Positions 24,558 through 35,174 of a stretch of DNA of 64,000 nucleotides are shown here, piece by piece. Under the pieces are notes generated by a model. It was not told where the DNA came from. It ran no database searches and was given only the letters and a program-made list of their open reading frames with translations. This DNA is from Vermamoeba vermiformis. Taxonomy: Eukaryota. The position numbers were made by a program, and so were the translations under genes. Location of the stretch: NCBI GenBank assembly GCA_045837725.1, contig JBEWZL010000109.1, forward strand, positions 62,001 to 126,000. Direction: 5' to 3'. How positions within the stretch are numbered: position 1 is the first letter of the stretch; the number at the start of each line of letters is the position of its first letter.

Positions 24558-27500
24558 ATGAGTGCCATCGACGAGCAGGTATGTCCACGGTTAATACCGC
24601 GCTTCCCGTTCCGAAATCTGTTTGTAACGCGTTTGGAATCCATTTCTTGTGACGCAAATACCCGAAATTTTGTTTTGATTAATCCTATAATTATTATAAT
24701 TATTATTGTCGTGCATATTCATTAATATCTTGCGGTCTAGGCTAATACGATCAGGGTCTTCGTATCTGATCAAAAGAGTGTAGCGCTCAACCTTGACAAT
24801 GTTGCCAAAATGACCGTCGAGGACCTTATGGTCCATTTAATTGGTAATACTGGTCCCGAGGAATGCAGAGGACGAGTGGATGTTACCATTTATTCATGGG
24901 CTGAAAAGGGCGGAAAACGTAAGGACTAGAAAATATTAGAATTAAGCACGCTGCTTATTTATTTGATGTTTGTATTAATCTAATTTCATTCAGACGAACT
25001 GAAAGGTTTGGATTTCAAAAAACAATTAGTTAGCATTAAAAAGAAGTGGTCGGCTAAACCCGATACCACTTATAGACTATTAGTGCTGGGAGCTACTGAA
25101 AAATTCGTAAGTTTCCAATTTGATTTTGTTTGATCTGCTGCGCGTTATTTGTGAACCACTTTTTATCGCGGGGTTGTCACTCGTCAACTCAGGACGTAAC
25201 CGCAACACGAATCTGATAATATCTTATTTATCCACCTATTGTTCTAAAATTATTCTCATATTTTTATCGTCATTTTAACGCTCATTAATCAACAAAAATG
25301 AAAGATCCGCTGAAAATTCAAAAAAATACCAAAAAAATTAACTAATTTGTCAATTTAGAGCCCAGCAGGTGCAACAGGAGTTAAAGTTGATAAAAAAGCA
25401 CGCAAATCAGAAGTGCGTAGCTCTAAGCGTGTGACATCGGTTGCTCTGCGCAATCGCGATGCCAAGGCCGCAGCAGCCGATGGCACTAAGTCCCCGCCAC
25501 CTCTCTCACCCACGTCATTGCCTCCTCCACCTCCTATTGGCGTGCCGGACATTCCTACTGGCAGTAAGAATTCACCAAAATAATTTTAAATTAATTTTAA
25601 AACACGAGCGCTAATTCGCCAATTAATTCAGTTTTGCCTCCACCACCACCTCTCACCAACAATATTCCCTTGCCACCACCGCCCCCCGCTGCACCTCTTC
25701 CTCCACCTCCTCCAGATGTTACACAGACTACCAAGGCTGAAAAACGAAAGAGCGACAAGAGCAGCAGCATGTCGAAGTCAAAATCAATGCGCAGTGTTCG
25801 CCATCAATCTGAAAAGCCAAAGAGTCGTCAAAAGGTCGCTGGCGGTGGTCCAGGCACGATGCGTGGTTCACCTTCGACCCCTGTGGTGTCTAACAACAAC
25901 GTTACATTCGACCCCGAGAAGAAGATGAAAGCCAATGACATTCTCGAGCAATTGAATCCTTTCGTCGATCCTTCAGGCCATTATAAATACGAAGAAGAGC
26001 CTGCCAGACCCGATTTCTTGCTCACAGCTGACGACTTGAAAGCTGGTTATTACAACTTGAATACGAATAATGCTAACAAATTGGCTCGCTCTGAATACCA
26101 TCAAAAGGTACGTGAAGCAAGCCTTAAAAGGCAAATTTTGATTTTTAATAATTAATTAACGAATTAAAAATCACAGATCTTGATGGCTTGGGTGAACAAA
26201 CACTTGAAAGAGCGTGATATGAAAGTTGAAAACTTGGCAAAGGACTTCCAAAACGGTGTTATTTTAATTAACTTGCTCGAAGCGATTTCCGGTCAACAAG
26301 TCAAGACTTACTATCGCGAGCCCAACCGTTTGTATCAATACTTGGAAAACCTCGAAGTCGCCGTCAAATTCATGAATTACTTGGGTCTTCCTATTATGGC
26401 TGCTCCTCAAGGTAATTTATTATTATTTGGTTATTCGGACCAGTGTTTTAATTATTAATGCGCGCAGATTTCTACCACGGCAAATTGAGCACAATCGTTG
26501 GTTTCTTGTTCGTGGCCATTCAAAAGTTCAAGGACGGCAAGAAGGGCACCAAGAAGGCCAAGAAAGTTGACATTGAAGCGAACAAACACACTGACGCTAG
26601 TGCGACCAAGTTGTTGGCTGAAGAAGGTAAGATTTCGGATATTTTAGCTGTGAATTTTAATGTAACCCGTAGCCCAAGGTTCTGCTCCTGCGCCCTCAGA
26701 ACGACCATTGTCACGCAGCTCTCCTGGCTCACCGACCACAATCGTCCCTCCCGCTAACTTGCCTCCGCCACCTAAGCGCGATTACAGCGACTACGATGAC
26801 ACGCCCTCTAGTCCCACGGGCACTGTCAGTCCGCCAATGGTCTCTCCTCGCGGAGGTTTCCAATTGCCGCCTATCCCTGCTGCACGCAAAGCAGGAGGAC
26901 CTGGCCCACTTCCCTCACCCTCTGGTGGACGACCAAAGAGCATGCAATTAGACCGCAGTCAAATCAACAGAACAGAGGACGCTATGACTTCCACAGCAAT
27001 GCCCAAAATACCGCCACGTGTCTCGCCTCGAAATCCGCCCCCAAGCAATTTGCCTCCTCCACCCACCAACAATCTGCCGCCACCACCCGAGTCAGGTGAT
27101 AACTTGCCCCCGCCACCCATCAACTTGCCTCCCCCTCGCAATCCCACCGTCAACTTGCCGCCACCCAAGCAAGGTCTGCCCAAGACAGCCGTGCCTCCTC
27201 CTAAGAAGGGAGGTGCTCCACCCAAACTCATTCCCAAACTGCCGCCTCCACTTGCTGCACGCAAAGCCGCTGGTCAACCTCTCGACAGCCCGCACGGCGT
27301 CAGCACACCACACACTCCCACCGTGCACACACCGCACACGCCGTCACTTATGACACCCACCGCTGAGAGCCGCTCTGCAGCACTGCAGCACTCGCAATCT
27401 GGCTCAGCGATGTTGCCCTCAGCATTGCCTGTTACCAACAAACGAAAGACAGAAATTCTTGCGGACGATTATGGCGCGGAAGACGAAGAGATCAACTTGG

Positions 27501-27712
27501 ATGACTTGGACGACGCAGCCATTCTGCAAGACATTGTGGATCTCGAGAACTTTGAGCTCGATATGGACAAGCTGTTAGCACCTGAAAGTAACGACGATAT
27601 TTTCGGTGATCTCGATTCCATGCAAAACTTTTTGGACGACGTTGCTGGAGGCATGGAAGATCTGGATCTGACTTTCGATCTGGATTTGGACAAAGTCGTT
27701 CTGTCGTTCTAA
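24558..27712 (+). CDS. Cytoskeletal adaptor: RA/ubiquitin-like domain, polyproline, calponin-homology domain, polyproline, acidic tail
   Basis: MSAIDEQ|ANTIRVFVSDQKSVAL...MTVEDLMVHL...KKWS (RA-like); AWVNKHLKERDMKVENLAKDFQNGVILINLLEAISG (type 1 CH); repeated NLPPPP; D/E/L-rich end. Confidence 0.8.
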
Positions 27713-28004
27713 AATCAATTTTGTACATGTAAATAATTCACCTCTTGTTGTATTCTTATAAAATAGTCACTTCCCTAAAGAAGGGTCTCAGTCCCACAAT
27801 TTAATTTGAGCTCAAAAAGGACGAATAATCTAACGCGGTGAGCAAGCAGGTCCGTGCTAGTGAGTGTAACACTCTATAACACGAATCATCCTTGTGTGTC
27901 CATAATTTCAAGCACTCATATATTCACAAAAACTTTATTTTGATTTCTCATCAAACGATCTGTTTCAGATCCCCAGAAAAACAACTCCGCTTAACGTTTT
28001 GCTT

Positions 28005-29162
28005 TTATTTTTTGTCCTTTTTAAACAATGAGAGTTTCTTATCGTCATTTGAAGTATGAGACAATGAGCTCGTTAAAGATCTTCGCAAGGTGTTTCTTTT
28101 GCCTGTTTGAGGACTCAAATTCGTATCGATCATGTCCAAATTTCCAGCATTCTATAATGTTACCTGATTAGTACTATAATAAAAATATATCGAGCGATCG
28201 CCTTGCCTTGTAAATAGTGTCATATAAAAACAAGTAGAAATTTTCTAGATCGCGCAACCATCGCCGCAGATTGATGAACTGATTTGAATCAAAGTCGGAT
28301 AGTGCTTTGCTGAAGTTAACATCGGGTGTTTCAAATCCCTATAAATAGACAAATTAGGAATAATTCAACAAACTTGGAAATTTGAACTGATCGGATCCCG
28401 CGTACCATCTGTATGACTTTAGCACGTGCAAAAGAATAATCGCTTAGTGTCTTCACTATTAATACTCCGCCGAGATGCGCCATTTTAATTTCAGCCAATA
28501 TTTCTTGCTGTTAAACCAAGTCGTTAATCGAGATCCGGTTGTACATTTCATTAGATCCAATCGACCGATCAATCATTATAGATTATTACAATATTATAGG
28601 TACCTGTACAGAGCTCTTCCAATCCTTCGAAACGATCTTAGGCTGTTGCAATGAGAAGTGTAATTTCAAACTGTTCAGAATTTCGAGTGCTTGTGTCACT
28701 TCGTCTTTAATTTTGCCGACTAATGCGACAATTTCCTAGTAAAATAATTAATAAGCATTTTATATTGAATAAAATGATGTTCATGATTAGATCTGGTAAT
28801 AAGATCTGCGAAAATAACCAAGAATGGTGGCTTATGTATTTAAAATATCACTAAAAAATTATTAAAAATAAGTAGTAATACATTTTAACTTACTGTATTA
28901 ATTGGAGCATCATGGCTCACCAAATCCACTTCACCTTCTGCTTCTTTTTCTTGAATTTCATAAACTTTCTATCAAAATCGCACAATAATGTTATAAACAT
29001 CTACTAGCCTATTATAATAATTAAAATTACCTGTGTTACTGAGGTAAGTTGATCAATGTGCGATCTGAACGAGTGAAAGGTTGCCTTGACATCTATATCG
29101 AGGTTCTTCTTAAATTCTAAGAATTCAGGGTCCCATTCGGGTATTTCATCGTGATGTGCCAT
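28005..29162 (-). CDS. Divergent proteasome activator PA28/REG (PSME)-family protein
   Basis: Six exons, not in the ORF track: EIVALVGKIKDEVTQALEILNSLKLHFSLQQPKI...VQQEILAEIK...DYSFARAKV...LRRWLRDLENFYLFLYDTIYKN matches PA28 helices 2-4. Confidence 0.72.
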
Positions 29163-29261
29163 GATTTGTGCTGTTAATCTCGATCTGATCTGAACAAATC
29201 CAAAACTTTCAGAAATTTTTCTTTCGAAACAACATGCGTTTATTTTTACGCACAGATCTAA

Positions 29262-31309
29262 TTACAACTGAATACAATATAACTTGTCTTTGGTTAATAA
29301 GACAAATCTACCACCAGCAAGAGTTCGAACACCGCTAAACTCGTTTTGACCGAAATCCACAACTTGATGCTGCGACTTGTGCTCGCCTTCAGCCCGATGC
29401 TTGTAAATATATACAAATTTCTTATGCTCTACAAGAATGGCGTACTGATTGTCGCTCGTTACTGTCAAGAATTTTTTGTTTTGTTTCGCTTTGGATACAA
29501 AGGCCAGTGCGTCGAATGCAGCCACATGATTCATTATAATAGGCTAAATATATACCTATTAGACTATATTATGCTTTTATCTATAAGTATGTACTCACGT
29601 CAGCAGTCGGATCTGCATCGAATTCTTTGTTGAATGCAAAATGAAACAATAAGCAATCGACATCGAGACTAAGGCCTATATGCATAACGAATATATTAGA
29701 CTATATAAGAGGTGGCTAGATGTATTATAGTAATACATACCAATCTTATAGTACTGCAAATTGACTTGATTGACCGAGTCCAATGACAGCACTTCACAGG
29801 GTCTGAGGGGCTGTTCGTGAGTGACATCAAATGAGCCGTCCTCTCGCTGCGTGTAATGAAATAGCGACGCACTGCTCTTGATCACTCTCCAACTCGTCTC
29901 GGTCGTCGTCGTAGTCCATGCCTGAACTGGTCATGTTCATCAGTGGGTTCTCGTCCACTTTGTCACTCGTGTATTTGTCTAAGCGCGCTGATATCTTTTT
30001 CAATTCCTCAGCGTCCACTAGCATATATTAGTCATCCCCATCATACTTTAATATAACGTGCTACTTACGTGTTTCATCGTTCATGAAGGGACTCTTCACC
30101 TCAGCTGGTGTTTGAAGGGTGTCAGTTAGCGGGACATTAGTGGACTTGAATGGCAAGAACGGTGATGAGGATATCAATGCGAATTGACGCCCTGACGGTG
30201 AGAATGCAAAGTGTTGTAATTCAGCGAGGCCAATGAGCACGTGATTTTGTGTCACGCGATACAACTCTGACACTGTCCGCTGCTTCGCTCATTCGGATCA
30301 CGAGCACTGCGAGACAAAACTTGGTCTGTACTTTAGTAGCAGTAGTCGGTGCAGTATATTCTAAACTTCTTTGCGCAGTTTCATTGTCAATCTCTTCTTT
30401 CATCGGATCGTCGCTAGATGGGACGAAAGTTATGTTTTGATTCGTCTTTGGCGTCGATGCTAGCGATGTATCGTCGATATACCTCACAGAGCATCGAAAT
30501 TCCATGTCTAATTAAGAATTAGAGCTAAACTAAGCCATCCTATTTTTCATCTTACTTTTCGGATCGTAATGAGCTGCCAGTACATTAAATGGTTTGCCGT
30601 TAAAGACCTTAGTTTTCATGACTAATTGTGCTTGTTGATGACCCTCGTGCCTAGTTTTCAACAAGAACAAGTCACCAGCGCCATTTGAGACGAAAATGTA
30701 CTGCGCTGAATTGACATCCAGCGCTTGAATTGAAACTTCTTCGAGAAAGCCAGTACTATTCGTATTATCTGGCTGTGGTATAGTAAATATTTCTTCTATT
30801 GTCGGCTCTTGATTCTAAATAACAAGCATAAGACAGAGGAATTACGAATAAAAAATGCAGTACGTACCGATCCGTCCCAGTGTATTTGATAGAGCACCCA
30901 ATTAGTGCCTACATAATACATATATTTACGCGATGAATCTATATGCAAGTGGTTGTGTCTGTATTTGCTTTGGTACCTGTTGACATTGTTAGCGAGTGTC
31001 ACCTGCAGATCCTGAAGCACTTCAATATCTATTTGCCGGTAAATATTTTTATAATAAGCTAGTATTAATATTGCGCTAGTATCTGTTCATAAGACAGTTG
31101 GTATATTTATGACTTATTACAAAAAATTCTAGATCTTACCTCGCCAGCGATGTATCGAGTTTCCAATCAGTCTCTCGTACTTCAGCAGGGAGTGTATAAT
31201 TATTCTTATTTTTTACGAGCGAAAAAGCGAGTTGATAACTGATGAATTTCGGATCCACCAACTCGTGACGTGTCCTCTTTGAAATTGAATCCAATACCTT
31301 GATCTCCAT
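29262..31309 (-). CDS. NUDCD1: NudC domain-containing protein 1-like
   Basis: ELVDPKFISYQL, HNHLHID, VSNGAGDL, ISARLDKYTS, C-terminal HVAAFDALAFVSKAKQNKKF...VYIY. Confidence 0.8.
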
Positions 31310-31541
31310 ACCAGTTGCGTTATATATCCTAATAGCACGCAAATATGAAGTATTGTTTGTGTTATGGCAGAGAAGAAAAGGCAAAAAAAATTCATTTTGG
31401 TTGCAACCTTATCGCGCCATTCCGACGGCAAAAAATTTTGAAATCTGAGCATAACAATAGTCATATGTTATATATAACACTATTACAATTTGATAGGCTG
31501 CCGTTGCTTATAAATACAGTGTTTTATTATTCGGGTTGCAT

Positions 31542-32084
31542 TTACATCTGAGTTGACAATACTTTGCTCCTCATTAACGCGAGTGCCTTCTCGTATAAAT
31601 CAAAGTCCATGCCCTATATATTATGTCATTAGCATATAAATCAATAGTGCAAATGAGCAATCAATATTTTTTGAACGGTGCTTACATCCACATTTCTAAC
31701 GACTCTAGCTTGCAATAACAGCTTATTTTTCTTCATATACATCTCGCCTATAAATTGAAATGTCGAGCCAATAGTAAGATTCTGATAGGCATCGCCCAAA
31801 GACAGCGTGTGGATCGTGAGATCGACATCTTTGTATGTAATTATCGCCTCGCTGTTGTTTACTATTTGTTTTAGCCTAAATAATTAATTTATTAATATTA
31901 TAGTCGATTAGGGGCAATACTAAGCCGTGATTGATTTTACGAGAATTTTTTTAATTAATTACAAATTATTATTGAGTTTTAATTACCTTCCCATCGTTCT
32001 AACAGTCTCACCATCCTTTGCTTTCTTTTGTTTGACAATTTCATCGATTAAATAAATCGTACCGTGCGTTAACCCCTCACCCAT
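31542..32084 (-). CDS. TEN1: CST complex subunit TEN1 (OB fold), 3 exons
   Basis: Not in the ORF track; splices to ...GETVRTMGRL...GSTFQFIGEM...LQARVVRNVDGMDFDLYEKALALMR. Confidence 0.8.
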
Positions 32085-32332
32085 AGTGCTATTAACAGAT
32101 TTGCTTATTTTTCGCCTTGATCCACTCAATTCCTCCTTTTATGTATTAATCATATGTATCATCAAGGAGTGGTCCTATAATGAATAATTATCGATATTCT
32201 AATATCGCCAACAAATATTCTAGAGATCTTTTTGAAAAATCACGTGCTGAAAAAAAACGGAGAAAAAGAAGCTTCGGCACAACTCATTATTATTGATCGA
32301 TTCAACCAACTAGTGACCACAACAGCTACACT

Positions 32333-33996
32333 ATGTCTACTGATGCTACTGGTGCCTCTATCGGCTCGTTTACTTGCATGACTTGCCGTCAATTGTTTTC
32401 TTCGGCCGATGAACAACGAACCCATTACAAGACCGACTTCCATCGATTCAACTTGAAAAGAAAAATCGCGCAATTAGCGCCTGTTAGTTTAGAACAGTTC
32501 AATCAAAAAGTTGAAGGTACGTGACTGGATTTCATATAACTTCAGAAAATCATGAATTTATTGTTACAAGCTTGTTTCAACGATATTCTAATTATTTTAC
32601 GCTACGATCGTAATTTTGTAAATATTAGAACGCATTTAAATCTGTTTTAGTTCTTGAGAAGAAATCAAGATCTGTGCGATCCATGAACTGATTTGGTTTT
32701 TTTCTAAATACAGCTCTAAAAATTTCAACTGAACCTGCCGCGTTTGCTAAAGACTGCGAAGTATGCGGGTAAGTACATAAATCCCTGAATAAATCGTTTA
32801 GTGTATTTTAATAATTTTTCGATCGCATCAGAAAACGCTATTTGTCCGAGGGCGCTTATCAACAACATTTGCAATCAAATAAGCATCGCGAAGCTGCCGA
32901 AAAAGGAAAGGCTGTCGGAGCTGCTCCCGCCGCTGAAGCCAATGTCGCGACCGAATCCAAGGTCGTTCCTGAAACTACCAAAGAAAATACTACTGAGCAA
33001 AAACCCGCTGAAAATACTGAAAATAATACTGAAAATAAGGAAGAGCATAAATCCAACGTATCGATCACCAACTGTCTTTTCTGCAACACCCCATCCAGCA
33101 CTTTCAAACAGTAAGTTAACCAGATCTGTTTTATAATTTATATTGTACTCATACAAAATTTAGAAACATGAAGCACATGGCTCGTGCACACAGCTTCTTT
33201 ATTCCTGACGTCGAATACTTGAAGGACGTCAAAGATCTGATCGAGTATCTTGAAGAGAAAGTTTACACCTACTACATGTGCCTCTATTGCAACGGAAAGG
33301 GCCGCGGTTTTCACAGTGTCGAGGCCGTGCAGGGTCACATGCGCGATTGCAGCCACTGCAAGATCATTTACGAGGACAACGAAGAAGAGTACGCGGAGTT
33401 CTACGACTTTGAGCGATACAACAAGGACTGGAATTTGGCTGACAGTGCCGAGCTCGATGCTGAAAAGAAGGACGGAGACGCGGAACAGAGTGGCGAGGCT
33501 GCGGACAAGAAAGACAAAGAACCAGTGGGCAAAGGTGTGCCCAAACTGATGGAGTCCAACATGGAACTCGTGCTCGTGGATTCGAACAAAGTCTTGGGCC
33601 ACAGAGCTTTGCAAGTCTATTATAACCAGCGAACTAGGTACGGTAGTGTCTATAGTATTATTAGACTATAATACTTCGACAAATCTTAAAATCTAAAATC
33701 ATTTCGGGTCATGCGAAAGAAATTTTTGATGGCAAATTCTACGGCGCTAGAATTCCAATACAAAATATCTAATGCTTAGACGGACGTACTAACAATGTAT
33801 TCCCTATAGAAACGATAGCAATTCGTTGACCTTGTCGTTGATGAAAGAATACCGAAAGTTAGCGCAACGAGAACGATTTACACAAACGAACATTGACTTC
33901 AAGACGCGCCAAAAGATGAGCATGGTGGCTATGCGCCGAGATGTTAAGGGCAATCGCTTGGCCAAGATGCGATTTAGAAGTCAAAACAGTCTTTAA
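32333..33996 (+). CDS. ZNF622: Cytoplasmic pre-60S factor ZNF622/Rei1 (C2H2 zinc fingers)
   Basis: FTCMTC...QRTHYKTDFHRFNLKRKIAQLAPV, CLFC, HSFFIPDVEYL, CLYCN, GHMRDCSHCKI, LGHRALQVYYNQR. Confidence 0.92.
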
Positions 33997-34237
33997 AGCG
34001 TGAGGACCTCATTCTTGCGCAGATCAGGATCTGCTTTGTAAATTAAGTAAATTTTTCTTCGCGGCATAGCATTAGTACACGAGAATTCTAGTTACTCGTT
34101 TCGGAGTATGGCGATCACGTAAATATTTTCAATTTTCAGCCACATCCAAACATAAAATCGTTGGAATTTCTGCGGTTCTGGCATACCTTTCCAAAATGAT
34201 CTTTTCATTTACAGTTGAAGCCACGATCAGACAACAA

Positions 34238-35091
34238 ATGAACAATTCTATTCTCTATATCAATATTAACCCGCAAACAGCGCGATTGGGTCTGTTGCCC
34301 AGCGATCTGACCGAAACAATTAGCATTAACCTTGGGAGGCAACATCTTCGAAGTCAGTTCGACTCTACTCACTTCCAATAGCTTAGAGTTACGTAACATT
34401 ATCGAATACAATGCCTTAAAGTGTGGGCCGGTGACGATCGACATGTCAGACGTAGTTTCACCCGCTGGATTTGTGAAGGTGTTAGATTTACTCAATTTGC
34501 GGGAAAGAATTGACATGACACTGGAAGAAGCTTTTCAAGTAATGAAATTTGTTCAATACTACGATATGGTCCCGCTCCTCATGCTGCTAAGAACGGGTCT
34601 TAAAGCTCGCATTGAAGAACATCATGTTTGTGGCCTGATCGAATTCGCAAAGAAATTCAACGTTGACAGCGTCATGTCACAATGCCAACAGTACCTCAAA
34701 GACCGCACTAGAGCCTTATTGCAATCGCGACAGATTGAATTTGACAACGAGGAACTTTTGGCTCAGTTGATGGATCGAGATCTGATGATAGATCCAACTG
34801 AGGTTACTGAAAGCATCATCCGCTGGACTAAGAACAATCGTGGAACTACTAAAGGTAATGCTTTCAATTGAAATTTTATAGGACTATTCTTATTTATGAA
34901 ATTCCTCTTTCGTAGGCATTAGAACATCTCGATTATTGGAAGCGATACGCAATGCATTTGATGCCCCAGAATCAAGTAAGGACACTTATTTTCATAACGT
35001 TATCGAATATAATCTCATTATCCTATTATTATTAGGTGAAAAGAAAGATATGTGGAATCGAATGAATGAAGCGGATGAGATCGCTTTGTAA
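34238..35091 (+). CDS. BTB/POZ (BACK-like) domain protein
   Basis: LTLGGNIFEVSSTLLTSNS, DVVSPAGFVKVLD, IEEHHVCGLIEFAKKF, CQQYL; start uncertain. Confidence 0.7.
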
Positions 35092-35174
35092 ACTCTTGTT
35101 TGTAAATAACTCTGTTATTATTATATAATTTGTGATATAAACTTACGTATTTGAATATTAATACCGCCGTTGGT

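Noticed and set aside
34290-34335. Apparent frameshift at the start of the BTB gene (ISINLG / LGGNIF)
   Set aside because: A 34-nt GT-AG intron (34290-34323) with a CTGAC branch site restores the frame (ARL|ALTLGGNIF).
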